Below are positions 19,072 through 28,778 of a stretch of 64,000 nucleotides of DNA, piece by piece. The DNA lies in IMG/VR virus record IMGVR_UViG_3300035181_002482. One strand, written 5' to 3'. The notes beneath the pieces were generated by a model, which worked only from the letters and a program-made list of their open reading frames with translations, made no database searches and had not been told where the DNA came from. A program made the translations under genes and the position numbers. Position 1 is the first letter of the stretch, and every line of letters starts with the position of its first letter. Origin of the DNA: an uncultured virus (IMG/VR IMGVR_UViG_3300035181_002482). Taxonomy: Duplodnaviria; Heunggongvirae; Uroviricota; Caudoviricetes.

Positions 19072-19290
19072 TCAGGCGACGACGGTGAAGCGCTGATCGA
19101 CGTTCATCACCCTGATGGCACGATCGTCGTCAGGCACGGTGATCACGTCCCCGGGCAGGAAGCCGCCGGGACGGGGCGCTTGGATATCGGCATACTGCCC
19201 GTTGGAGAGGGGTACGCTGATCTTGTGGAGCGGCCCTACCGACTTGATGTAGGAGGGCAGGGGCTGTCCCCGGAAGGTGTATTGCGCCAT
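19072..19290 (-). CDS. small hypothetical protein
   Basis: MAQYTFRGQ... Confidence 0.7.
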   Translation of the reverse strand: MAQYTFRGQPLPSYIKSVGPLHKISVPLSNGQYADIQAPRPGGFLPGDVITVPDDDRAIRVMNVDQRFTVVA

Positions 19291-19306
19291 GGCATCTCGA
19301 GAGGGG

Positions 19307-19960
19307 TTAGAGGACCGTAAAGGAGCGATCGATCTGGAGGATGAGCGCGTTGTCATTCCGTGCCCAACCTATCGGCTGCACGGCCCATCCTGGCTGCGTC
19401 GGAGGCGAAGTCTGAATGGCCCCGGGGACATTTGATATGAAGTAGAAGCCGGGCAACAGGGCGGAGAATCCTGACACCTTGCCGGCATACGCGAGCTTGC
19501 ATGTGGTCGGGGTCGGTTTCTCGATAACGACACCGATCGCCGGGAAGGTGGAGGGGTCGCTCGCGTCGGATTCGTCGACGGTGTCCGCATCAACGAGATA
19601 CGCGAAAGCGTACATCGGCATCGCGGGGGGGCATGCGTAGACGAGATCGTCGATCAGCAGCTCGGAGTTGCCCGAGGGCGGCAACGGCGGTGTCGGGTTG
19701 AACTGCGAGTTGAGCAGTCGCCGAAGGTCGTCCGAGTTGTAAACGACCGTGCTCCCGATCGTGATCGAGATGTACTTGTGATCGAGGGCGAGAGCCGTAT
19801 CAAGATAATCCACATGGGACACCTCGAACAGGTTCGAACGCTCTCGCACGGTTCCGCCGAGCGCCGTGAGGTCTCGAATCAGTACCGGGTTTTCCGGCGA
19901 CAAGGTTGAACCCCAGAGCGAGATCCGCTGGCTCACCAGGAGGCGTGCGGTGATGGACAT
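19307..19960 (-). CDS. putative structural protein
   Basis: C-terminal domain resembles that of 17516-19048. Confidence 0.7.
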   Translation of the reverse strand: MSITARLLVSQRISLWGSTLSPENPVLIRDLTALGGTVRERSNLFEVSHVDYLDTALALDHKYISITIGSTVVYNSDDLRRLLNSQFNPTPPLPPSGNSELLIDDLVYACPPAMPMYAFAYLVDADTVDESDASDPSTFPAIGVVIEKPTPTTCKLAYAGKVSGFSALLPGFYFISNVPGAIQTSPPTQPGWAVQPIGWARNDNALILQIDRSFTVL

Positions 19961-19986
19961 CCCCCTAGCCTGCACCGCACGAAAAC

Positions 19987-21144
19987 TTATCCCCCAAGCG
20001 ATGACAGAAGATCCGCGAGCCCCCCCCCGCCGCCACCGGCCGGGTCCTTGGGGGCACCGGGACCACCGGGCCCCGGTGCATCCTCACCCTCGATCTCCTT
20101 GAGGGCATCATCCATGCTCTTATCCAGCATGAGGAGATCGCGGCTAATCCAGCGGGGCACGGGCTCCCCATCGAACACGATCTGCAGGGCGTCATTCTGG
20201 ACAGCCGTGCATGTGCCCTGATCGTCTTTCGACATCCCATCAACATCGTTCTTGGCGCGCACTCGATCGCCGGGATGGATCTCACCCTTGGCCTTCACCT
20301 TCTGCCCGGTGCGCGTCCCCTGGCCCATCTCCTCCTTGGTGGGGTCACGACCCAGGGTCTGATCCCAGCCGGGCAGGGGCTGGTTCGTGCCGGTCCCGGG
20401 GAGCTGATCCGGCGTGGCAGCGTCGCTGTGGGCATCGGGACCGGAGAGCTTGCCACCTGGTTGATCCTTGTCAGTGATCGGGAGCCTGGCCTCCGACTGA
20501 GCCGTGCGGATCATGCGCTGTGCTGCCTCCTTGTAGCCGAGCGCATCGATCCGTCGTGCCAGGCGATCGCGATCGCCAACAGACAAGGTTGAATCGGCCA
20601 TCGCGATCGAGTGCCTCACGATATCCCAGGGGGCGCCACGATCGAGCTGCCCCACGATGCGCGAGAGGAGCGCCGTGATCTCGATCTCGGATGCCGCCGT
20701 GCGCCGTGCCATGACCTTCTTTTCCTCGGGGTCAAGCTCGGCCTCGGTGAGGCTGCGCAAAGGATCGATACTCGTGCCAGCCGTCTTGCTCATAGAGGGA
20801 GAAAGCACGCTGCCGGCACCAAGCCCGAGGTCCTTGAGGAAGCCGCCCCTGAATTCGATCACGGTATCCCCTCCCGTGGTATACACCGCGGTATCGCCGG
20901 GTGAGATGGTGACCACCTTGGCGATCTTGCCACCATCGATCCAGGCAATGTCGATCGGATAGGCGACGCTCGCCATGTGCATCGGGATCGCCGTCCGCCT
21001 CACGGGGAAGGGAAACACCATGCACTCCCCGGGCTTGAGCGTGACCCCCTGGAGCCCGTTCTTCCGCTCCGCGAAGGTCTCGCACACCATCGCGGTCAGG
21101 GTATGCTGACCGCGATCACCGATCTTGATGCGTTCCGTTCGCAT
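19987..21144 (-). CDS. DUF192-domain protein with long C-terminal extension
   Basis: ERKNGLQ..MVFPF..MHMASVAYPIDIAWID..VIEFRGG. Confidence 0.8.
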   Translation of the reverse strand: MRTERIKIGDRGQHTLTAMVCETFAERKNGLQGVTLKPGECMVFPFPVRRTAIPMHMASVAYPIDIAWIDGGKIAKVVTISPGDTAVYTTGGDTVIEFRGGFLKDLGLGAGSVLSPSMSKTAGTSIDPLRSLTEAELDPEEKKVMARRTAASEIEITALLSRIVGQLDRGAPWDIVRHSIAMADSTLSVGDRDRLARRIDALGYKEAAQRMIRTAQSEARLPITDKDQPGGKLSGPDAHSDAATPDQLPGTGTNQPLPGWDQTLGRDPTKEEMGQGTRTGQKVKAKGEIHPGDRVRAKNDVDGMSKDDQGTCTAVQNDALQIVFDGEPVPRWISRDLLMLDKSMDDALKEIEGEDAPGPGGPGAPKDPAGGGGGGLADLLSSLGG

Positions 21145-21154
21145 CCACCGAGGA

Positions 21155-22381
21155 TCAGCCCTTGGGGGCCAACGCTCGACAGGAGGTCTTGTGCCTGTTG
21201 AGGCCCGCGGGGGTCGCGCCCACGAAGCCACACCCGGGACAGGTGTTCGGCGCGACCACGGGAGGGGGCGGCATCACGGCAACGGGCGGCGCCACGTAGC
21301 CCTCGGGCAGCGCTTCCGGGAGGGGCGGGGGCGGGGGCAGGTCCGCGGGCTCCTCGATCGAGGGCGCCGGGGCAGGCACGATCTCGGAAACCGATTCGAC
21401 CTTCACAGCCGGGGCTGGAGGGGCCTGGAACGCCAGGGCCAGGCGGTCGTTGATCTCGCGCTGCTCATCGGTGGCGTTCGCGTCGAAGCTGGCGAGCAAG
21501 CGCTCGGGGGTCGGGGCGATGATCACCGAGGCCGTCTGGCCCGTGGCGTCCACGATGAGCGGCTTCTCGGTCGCCGGAGGATCAACGTGAATCTCGTAGC
21601 CCTTCGCCGCCATCTTCTCCCAGACGGTTTTCTCGGTCCCGTCCTCGTATCGACTATCGATCGGGGAGAACCACGCCTGCCCGCTGCTCACAAGCTCGGC
21701 CAGGGCGTCCCTACGCTCCTCCTGATCGAGGCTGTCGTTGCAGGCGCGCTTCACAAGCTCCATCACCTTCGCCTTGTCCTCCGGCGTCGAGGGTGAATCG
21801 GGTTGCGCGACGTGGAGGAGCTGCCGCCAGTCGGAGGCGCTGAGCTGCGTGGGCGGATCACCGAAGGAGAGCGTCGGCAGCGGATACTTTTCGACCCTTT
21901 CCTTCAGCTCGGCGTTGAAGAAAAGATTGACGTTGCCGGTGTATTCGACAGGGCCCGCAGCGTAAACCCGCTCACCCGCGGCGATCGATGCCTGCAGTTG
22001 AGGGGATTGCTCACCGACCCAGGTGGGGTCCTTGATGATGTCTGCCCATTCCTGCGGCGAGAGCATCTGCTCTGGATCGAGCCTGAGACCGGCGCCAACC
22101 CCGAGCGCCCGCTGCTCCCGGGCCGCGTTTTCGATTTCCCGCTCCCTCATCTCCTCGGGGGTGATCACCCTGATGGAGCCCCGGCTCCGGAGGATCAACA
22201 GATCCTCCTGATGTTCGATGTTGCAATCAACCTCATGCTCCTCATGCGGCTGGAGCGCAATGGAGAGCGGAGCGCGGCGGAGCGCCTGTCGATCTTTCCA
22301 TCGCGTCCCCTGCCCTGGAGGCACTTCCGACATCACCCGGAAGCTGAGAACGTTGTTGGTTAGGTTCTTGATTCTCGGCAT
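21155..22381 (-). CDS. hypothetical protein, Pro-rich, C-terminal Zn finger
   Basis: CPGCGF..GLNRHKTSC; TACTCT-N6-ATG. Confidence 0.75.
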   Translation of the reverse strand: MPRIKNLTNNVLSFRVMSEVPPGQGTRWKDRQALRRAPLSIALQPHEEHEVDCNIEHQEDLLILRSRGSIRVITPEEMREREIENAAREQRALGVGAGLRLDPEQMLSPQEWADIIKDPTWVGEQSPQLQASIAAGERVYAAGPVEYTGNVNLFFNAELKERVEKYPLPTLSFGDPPTQLSASDWRQLLHVAQPDSPSTPEDKAKVMELVKRACNDSLDQEERRDALAELVSSGQAWFSPIDSRYEDGTEKTVWEKMAAKGYEIHVDPPATEKPLIVDATGQTASVIIAPTPERLLASFDANATDEQREINDRLALAFQAPPAPAVKVESVSEIVPAPAPSIEEPADLPPPPPLPEALPEGYVAPPVAVMPPPPVVAPNTCPGCGFVGATPAGLNRHKTSCRALAPKG

Positions 22382-24749
22382 CCGCCGAGAGTAAGCCTGC
22401 CGTTGCCCGCATCATGGGGTCCTCGAGATCACCCTCGAGAACCTTCGGCTCGGGCTCCGGCATCTCGGCGCCATCGGGACCGGGGATCGGGGGCGAGGGG
22501 ATCGGCCCTGCAGCCGGCGGGTCCTTCGGTTTGGACTGCGGGCCCTTGGCGGCCTCGGGGGCCGGGGGACCCTTGCCGGGGGTGGGCGGCTTGTCAACCA
22601 CCGGGGGCGCGGGCGTCTGGGGCCACTTGGGCTCCTTGCCGTTGAGCCCCTGGTACAGCTCCCACATCTCCGCCGCCGACTCGGCCTCGACGGCGCGATC
22701 GAAGGTGCCATTCTCGCCCCAGCTCTCGTTCACGCGGGCGCCCACCTTGCCGGAGGTGATGCCGGCCGTGCGCCGCGCCACGACAGGGGCCGCAGGCGGG
22801 GCTGCCGGCGCCGGCTTGGCCGCTTCCATGTTCCCCGGGGCCCCGGCGTGATCTGGGCCCATCCCAGCCGGCTCGTCGGCCATGCCGCCGCCCCCCATCG
22901 GAAGCTCGCCCATCTGCGAGGTCCGCATGGCAGCCTTGATGCGCGCCGCCTTGCTCGAGCGGCTCTCGCCGTAGGGGTTGACGGGATCGACGCTGGCCTT
23001 GACGAGGATCGCCTCCATTACGCCGGAATCGATTCGATCGGCCCGGCGCACGAGCCAGTCGCCGGAGTCGTGCGCCGAGACAAACGCCTGGATGTCGCCC
23101 GTCGAGGGCTCACCGGCCGAGGCGCGGAAGGCGAATCGATATCGGACGCCCTCGGGCACCAGCTGGCCATCGCCCTCCTGGCGAAACTGGAACTCGCGCC
23201 AGTCGCGGGTCTGGCTGGCCACCACGGCGCGCACCATCGACGACAGCGGCTGGGCAGCCATCTCGTCGACGTAAGCGCGATGCCGGCGCTGCGGGTTGAT
23301 GTCGGAGACGATCGCCGCCGTCTTCGATGCCTTCGGGCCCTTGCGCGAGGTCTCGATCTCGCCGGGATCGGTCCAGGCGGGGACGTCGGTCTCGTGATCG
23401 GGTTCGACCGCCTGGTTGGTATCCGCGAAGGACGTGCCGCTCTGATCGGCGGGGTTGCTCGAGTGAACCTTCAGCTCACCACCGGGGAGCCAGCCCACCT
23501 CGTCGGTCGTGGTGTCCTTGCCGAGGGTCTCGGCACCACCGGCGAGGATCACCATCGCCTGCTTGCGGCAGCGGGGGCAGGGGTACACCTCCGCGTGTGC
23601 CTGCCGGCGCTCGCCCCGCAGCCCGAGGATGTCGCACTCCGAGGCGTAGCGGGTGAGCGCTGCCGCATAGGTGCCGCCCTGGCGCGTCACGAGCTGCCAG
23701 ACGGGGGGCTGGGCGACCCAGGCGGGGGTGTGCTGCAGGGCGAGCTTGCGGCGCTCGTTGCAGCCATCGGACGTGCAGCGGACCATGGCCACGACGCCCG
23801 TCGAAGTGCCTGTCTGCTTCGGCGCCTTCACGTTGACCTTGGGGTCCTTGAACCCGGGATCATCCGAGGAGTCCTTGCCGAGCACGTTGCCGGCCTCGCC
23901 GACCGCGATATCGACAGCGGAGTCCTGCTGCTCGTTGATGTCGGGATTGAACTGCGCGAGGCGCCGGACGGCCTCGTCGAGCTGGTACATGGCGACGCGC
24001 AGCTGCTTGCGGCCGAGCGTGAGGACCGCCTCGGCATCGCCGTGCATGGCCAGGCGCCCGAAGCCATAGGGACCGCGCAGCACCTTGCCGGCGAGCAGAT
24101 GCTGGATGCCGGCCTTGATGGCCTTGGCACCGTCATCGGGCATCTGCACGGCATCGTCGGGATGATCGCTGATCGCGGGCTCGAAGACATCCTTGCCGGC
24201 AGCGCGCTCGTTGACAATGTGCGCCACGGCAGCGCGGAGCTGGATGTGCTCCGGGCGATTGGTGGCGGCGCCCGCACTCACGAGCACGCGATCGAAGCTC
24301 GCCTGATCCGTGATGTGCCCGGCGAGCACTCGTGCCTTGGCGACATCGACAAGAGCGAAGCCTCGCCGGGCGAAGTCATCGACGAGTGCCGTCACAGCCC
24401 GCGACCGATGCGTGTTCGTGATGTCCTGGCACGCCTTGATCGAAAGGGTCGACAAGGGCTCATTGGCCTGCTTGTCGGCGAGCACCCGGCGGAGCTGCAT
24501 CAGGGCTCGATCGCCGGGCATCCGATCGCAGGCGGCGGCGGTCATCCGGAAGGCCGTCGCCACATCGATCAGCGGGGTCTTGTCGTGCTGCAAGGCCGCC
24601 GACTTTTCGATCGGGGCGGCGGGGGCGCTGGGGGTCATCGCCGTGTGCAGCGCAGCCGCCCGCTCCGTGAAGCGGTTGGCCTGCTGACCGGTGATCGTTG
24701 GCTCGGGCGCTCGAACGCCAAGGGCCAGGAGAGCTGCGGTTGTGTGCAT
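22242..24749 (-). CDS. large putative virion/head protein
   Basis: Long GC3-rich ORF with Cys pairs and KTA/RTA linkers; both ends uncertain. Confidence 0.7.
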   Translation of the reverse strand: MHTTAALLALGVRAPEPTITGQQANRFTERAAALHTAMTPSAPAAPIEKSAALQHDKTPLIDVATAFRMTAAACDRMPGDRALMQLRRVLADKQANEPLSTLSIKACQDITNTHRSRAVTALVDDFARRGFALVDVAKARVLAGHITDQASFDRVLVSAGAATNRPEHIQLRAAVAHIVNERAAGKDVFEPAISDHPDDAVQMPDDGAKAIKAGIQHLLAGKVLRGPYGFGRLAMHGDAEAVLTLGRKQLRVAMYQLDEAVRRLAQFNPDINEQQDSAVDIAVGEAGNVLGKDSSDDPGFKDPKVNVKAPKQTGTSTGVVAMVRCTSDGCNERRKLALQHTPAWVAQPPVWQLVTRQGGTYAAALTRYASECDILGLRGERRQAHAEVYPCPRCRKQAMVILAGGAETLGKDTTTDEVGWLPGGELKVHSSNPADQSGTSFADTNQAVEPDHETDVPAWTDPGEIETSRKGPKASKTAAIVSDINPQRRHRAYVDEMAAQPLSSMVRAVVASQTRDWREFQFRQEGDGQLVPEGVRYRFAFRASAGEPSTGDIQAFVSAHDSGDWLVRRADRIDSGVMEAILVKASVDPVNPYGESRSSKAARIKAAMRTSQMGELPMGGGGMADEPAGMGPDHAGAPGNMEAAKPAPAAPPAAPVVARRTAGITSGKVGARVNESWGENGTFDRAVEAESAAEMWELYQGLNGKEPKWPQTPAPPVVDKPPTPGKGPPAPEAAKGPQSKPKDPPAAGPIPSPPIPGPDGAEMPEPEPKVLEGDLEDPMMRATAGLLSADAENQEPNQQRSQLPGDVGSASRAGDAMERSTGAPPRSALHCAPAA

Positions 24750-24803
24750 CACTCTTCCTGGCCCTTGCCCTGTCCAAGACACGCGGGACGAGCCTGCGAT
24801 CTA

Positions 24804-25427
24804 TCATCCGCGCTCGACGCTCAGCTCGATGAGGATATCCGCCATCGAGGTCCCGTTGACCGAATCGCCGGTGACCTCGATAAAGGCGCCCATCAGGACG
24901 GGGACGTTGCCGAGGATCTTCACGAGATCGAACTCGACGCTCATCTTGGCGAGCGCCGTGTTGTCGATCTTGAGGGAGCCCACGGGGACCGAGACCGCGA
25001 CGCCGCCGACCTTGATGCCGGTGACCTCATAGGTCTCCGTCAGTGCCCCGGCGGCGCTGGTGCCGAGGCGCAGCTTGCCGAGGCGCCCCGCTCGCGAGGC
25101 CGAGCCGAGGATCGTCGAGGCGAGATCCGCCGCGGCGCCCACCGTGAGGATCTTGAAGGTCTCGAAGTTGGCGAGGCCCGAGGGGCTATCGGTGCTGGGC
25201 AGCGAGGCGATGCCCAGCTTGGGGCTGACACCGCCGCACAGGGCCACGACGCCCGCGCTCCCGTTGAGCATCTCGGCCGTGACGCCATCGGGCAGGGTGA
25301 CCGTGACCGAGCCAGCCGCCGGCACGTTGGCCCGGATCGGGGTGGAGACGCCCTGCTGCTTGAGGACAACGGCCTCGAACGAGACCGGCTGAGAGGTGAG
25401 ATTGGTGAGGAGGATGCGGTTGTTCAT
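24804..25427 (-). CDS. putative structural protein
   Basis: 207-aa beta-rich ORF, ATGA-coupled. Confidence 0.7.
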   Translation of the reverse strand: MNNRILLTNLTSQPVSFEAVVLKQQGVSTPIRANVPAAGSVTVTLPDGVTAEMLNGSAGVVALCGGVSPKLGIASLPSTDSPSGLANFETFKILTVGAAADLASTILGSASRAGRLGKLRLGTSAAGALTETYEVTGIKVGGVAVSVPVGSLKIDNTALAKMSVEFDLVKILGNVPVLMGAFIEVTGDSVNGTSMADILIELSVERG

Positions 25428-27838
25428 AACCGGAACGCTTTCGCCAGCTGGGCACGAAACGCGGTGAACGCCTCGTCCTTGGTCGCGAAGAGCTTGTCGC
25501 GCACCTTGCCGCCCACGGTGCCCGCCAGGAGCTGGAAGCCACCGGCCTGCGCCTGCCGCACACCGAAGCTGTTCCGGCCGAGGCGTTCATGCACCAGCAA
25601 GCTCGCCATGACCGAGGAGAGCGGATCGACATCCTCGGCACCACCCGGGGACGGAGGAGGGGGGATCGTGCTGTCGGGCTTCGAGGCTGCCTTCGACGCC
25701 TCGAAACCCTCGGGCGGATCGTCGGCATCCATCTCATAATCGTCCTCGGGACGACGGAACTGGGCCAGGGGGTCGGGACCACCCTTGAAGACCACGCTGC
25801 TGGGGTCGCGAAGCAGGCCACCCGAGGACATCCACTCGGGGTGATCCTTGATGATGTCCTGGATCTTCTCCCAGCGAGCCGAGTCCTCCTGATACCTCCG
25901 CTCCTCATCCCAGGAGGGGCCGTTGTCGTCCCCATACCCACCGTATTGCGCATTGCGGCGCAGCTTGAGGGCCTTCTTCTCCGAGCGCGGCTTCTCCTCG
26001 GTCATCTTGTCGCCGTACTCGCCGAAATACGCCGAGTAGTAAGCGGCGGCACTCTGATCGACAGCGTTGATGGTGAGGAAGGAGGCCACGATGTTCGCGC
26101 TGACGCGACGCTTGATCTCGGAGACCCAGGTCTCGCCGTACTTGCCAAAGTACGACTTCCAGTACTTCTCGGCGGCATCGTCGGCGGCGCGGTGAACGCG
26201 GGCCATGAACTTCATGCGCTGGAAGGATCGAGCGGATGCCGTGCGCTTCGCCATCTTGGAGGCGAACTGCCCGCCCCAGACAGGGTCGCTCTCGTCCTTC
26301 AGCTGCCCATCGGGCCCGTACCATTCCGGATGCTCGAACATGTCGATCTCATCCTGGTTCTTGGGCGCGAAGAAGGGCGAGCCGCGCGTGAGGCGCTCCT
26401 TCTCCTGGTCCTCCTGGCTCATGTTCTCCCAGCGGTCCTCATCGGACACACCCTGGTTGAATTGAGCGATCTTTGCCTTGATGCCCTCGTCGCCATAGGG
26501 CTCTTCGTGGTCACCATTGCTGTCGCGATCATCGTTGGCGCCAGCCTCCTCCAAGTCCTCGAATCCGTAGGGCTGTGCCGTGCGCCGCGATGCCATCTTG
26601 GAGGCGAACTGCCCGCCCCACACGGGATCAGATTCGTCCTTGAGCTGCCCGCTCTCGTCGTACCACTCGGGATGCTCGAACATGTCGATCTCATCCTGGT
26701 TCTGAGGGGCGAAGAAGGGGCTGCCACGGGTGAGGCGCTGCTTCTCCTGCTCCTCCTGGCTCATGTTCATGGCCATGTCATCGACATCGCTGGGCTTGTC
26801 CCAGGGGGCGACATCGTTGGGGTTCTGCTGGGCCCTGCGCGATGCGCTCTTGCTCCAGCCGCACGCCTGGCAGGACATCTTGCCGCCAGCCTTCTTCATT
26901 GATCCAGCGGCATCGCACTCGGGGCAATCCTCCTGACCCATGACCTGGGCGGTGATGGCGCCGAATCCGATCTGCCCGCGCTGGTGCAGATCCCACACGC
27001 GACACGCATGGGCGAGCACCTCGGAGGGAAGCGAATTGACGCTGGCCTTCCGGGCCTTGGTGTCGCCGCGGAGGCTGGCGACGAGCGCCTTGCGCTGATC
27101 CTTCGAGAGGGGCGTGAGCGTCGCCTCGAGCCGATAGGCGAGACCGAACGGGAGGTTGTACGCCCGCGAGAGGATCCGTGCCCGGTAGCCAGCCTCGATC
27201 TGGCGCTTGGCGAAGTTCACCTTGCGATCGTTGGCGAGGGAGGTGAGGCTGGCGATCGAGGAGATGCCACGGGGAGTCGCGGGGCGAGCGCCGCTCTTGG
27301 CGAGGGTGACGAGCAGGTTGCCCTTGGCTGCGACCCGATCGGCGAGCACGGCGCCCGCCAGGGCGAAGTCACGCGAGGCACGCTTGACCGCGGAGGCGCG
27401 GATCATTGCCTGCGGGGCGATGCTCATATCCATCGATGCGAGATCGTCGTTCTCGGTGTTCTCCTCGGGCGGCGCCGGGGTCTCGCTGGAGTCCATCTGG
27501 GCCGTGCGGCGCGTCGCGGGTGCGGGCTGTGCGGAAGCCGTGGCGCTGAAGCCGGGGTGCGGGTCTTCGATGAAAGCATCCTCGGCGGCCGTCCGCACAA
27601 GCTCGTACCCACCCGCGGACGCCTGCTGGAGGCGCCAGAGGCCGGGTGTCGCTCGCGCGGCGGTGCGGGCCTTGAACGAGGGGCGGTAAAAGCCGGTGCC
27701 CTGAGCCACGAAGCCCAGGGATGCCGCCGTCCGTCCGGCCTCGGAAATCGAGTTACCCGTGAGGGCCACCGTCTCCACGGTGACCTGGGAGGTTCGGGCG
27801 GAGATGTTATCCGCGATGCTTGCCATGAGCTTCGTCAT
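25424..27838 (-). CDS. putative internal head protein with duplicated modules
   Basis: 804 aa; internal repeats; many RTA/RRTAQ linkers. Confidence 0.75.
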   Translation of the reverse strand: MTKLMASIADNISARTSQVTVETVALTGNSISEAGRTAASLGFVAQGTGFYRPSFKARTAARATPGLWRLQQASAGGYELVRTAAEDAFIEDPHPGFSATASAQPAPATRRTAQMDSSETPAPPEENTENDDLASMDMSIAPQAMIRASAVKRASRDFALAGAVLADRVAAKGNLLVTLAKSGARPATPRGISSIASLTSLANDRKVNFAKRQIEAGYRARILSRAYNLPFGLAYRLEATLTPLSKDQRKALVASLRGDTKARKASVNSLPSEVLAHACRVWDLHQRGQIGFGAITAQVMGQEDCPECDAAGSMKKAGGKMSCQACGWSKSASRRAQQNPNDVAPWDKPSDVDDMAMNMSQEEQEKQRLTRGSPFFAPQNQDEIDMFEHPEWYDESGQLKDESDPVWGGQFASKMASRRTAQPYGFEDLEEAGANDDRDSNGDHEEPYGDEGIKAKIAQFNQGVSDEDRWENMSQEDQEKERLTRGSPFFAPKNQDEIDMFEHPEWYGPDGQLKDESDPVWGGQFASKMAKRTASARSFQRMKFMARVHRAADDAAEKYWKSYFGKYGETWVSEIKRRVSANIVASFLTINAVDQSAAAYYSAYFGEYGDKMTEEKPRSEKKALKLRRNAQYGGYGDDNGPSWDEERRYQEDSARWEKIQDIIKDHPEWMSSGGLLRDPSSVVFKGGPDPLAQFRRPEDDYEMDADDPPEGFEASKAASKPDSTIPPPPSPGGAEDVDPLSSVMASLLVHERLGRNSFGVRQAQAGGFQLLAGTVGGKVRDKLFATKDEAFTAFRAQLAKAFRL
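26250..26767. repeat. direct repeat of about 176 bp (26250-26425 and 26592-26767)
   Basis: Both encode NMSQE.QEK.RLTRGSPFFAP.NQDEIDMFEHPEWY...GQLKDESDPVWGGQFASKMA. Confidence 0.95.
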
Positions 27839-27871
27839 GGCTCACGTTGATCGCTCGGACAGCGCCAATCT

Positions 27872-28258
27872 TTAGCGCCGGATGCTGCGTAGCTCCGCCC
27901 AGGCATCCATGAGGCCATCTCCGATGGAGTAATGTGTGAGCTTCGTGCTCGCACTCGACATCGCAGCGCTGACCTCTGCCTCGGTGATCCCTAGATGCTC
28001 CGCTACCTCGGCCTCGGAGTGATCGATACCGTCATAGTCCAGGGAGCAGTTCGACGGAGCATCCGCCACGAGGATCGGGAGCCTCACAAGTTCATTGTCG
28101 GCCGTGAGGGCGGTGTAAACCGGAAGCCGCCCCGGGATATCATCCTCATCGATATCGAGAGATTTCTCCCGGTCGATGGTCATGTTGTATCGACAGGAGA
28201 AGTAGAGGCAGGGACGCGGATCACCCTCGCACTCTTTTCGCTTCCAGGGTCTACTCAT
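27872..28258 (-). CDS. Cys-rich protein with sigma70 region-4-like HTH
   Basis: ECEGDPRPCLYFSCRYN..NCSLD..SEAEVAEHLGITEAEV. Confidence 0.7.
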   Translation of the reverse strand: MSRPWKRKECEGDPRPCLYFSCRYNMTIDREKSLDIDEDDIPGRLPVYTALTADNELVRLPILVADAPSNCSLDYDGIDHSEAEVAEHLGITEAEVSAAMSSASTKLTHYSIGDGLMDAWAELRSIRR

Positions 28259-28778
28259 CGTCGGGATCTCCCTGGGGCGTATAGAGCGAGAGCCGTAGCG
28301 GATAGCGAAGGTTGAAGATATCCACGTCGTCCTTGACGAGATCAGCCGATAGCGCATCCGCCAGCTGATCAGGTTTCAAGGTTGTCATAAGCAAGCTATC
28401 GCTCCCCCTGACGAAGCAGAGGCACCCGCCTGGGACAGCCCGTATCCGATCAGCCATCGTGTACTTCCACGAGTAGCCGGCATCGCCATAATCGACGACG
28501 ATGCACTTCCGCCCCTGGCACATATACTTCTGCTTGAACTGACCGAAGCTCAGCCCGTGATATCGATAGATCCATGCGTAGAGGGTGGGGAGGCTGATGC
28601 CGAGATAGTCGGCCATGATCTGCGCGTAGCTAAACTTGCCCGCCGTCTGGATGAGCAGTTGCTTCGGATTGAGATCAAGGTTGACCATCAGGTCGAGGCT
28701 GCGCAGCGAGAAATCACGTTTGCATTCCTCGCAGAAACGCACCTCACTCGGGATATCACAGCCGGGGGTGCGACACAT
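28251..28778 (-). CDS. HTH protein with N-terminal Cys motif
   Basis: MADYLGISLPTLYAWI. Confidence 0.7.
   Translation of the reverse strand: MCRTPGCDIPSEVRFCEECKRDFSLRSLDLMVNLDLNPKQLLIQTAGKFSYAQIMADYLGISLPTLYAWIYRYHGLSFGQFKQKYMCQGRKCIVVDYGDAGYSWKYTMADRIRAVPGGCLCFVRGSDSLLMTTLKPDQLADALSADLVKDDVDIFNLRYPLRLSLYTPQGDPDDE

Noticed and set aside
14108..25739. Long plus-strand ORFs (672 aa, 963 aa and others)
   Set aside because: Antisense shadows of GC3-rich minus-strand genes
26250..26767. DGR template/variable repeat pair
   Set aside because: Both copies are in frame in one gene, differences do not look adenine-specific, and no reverse transcriptase is in the window
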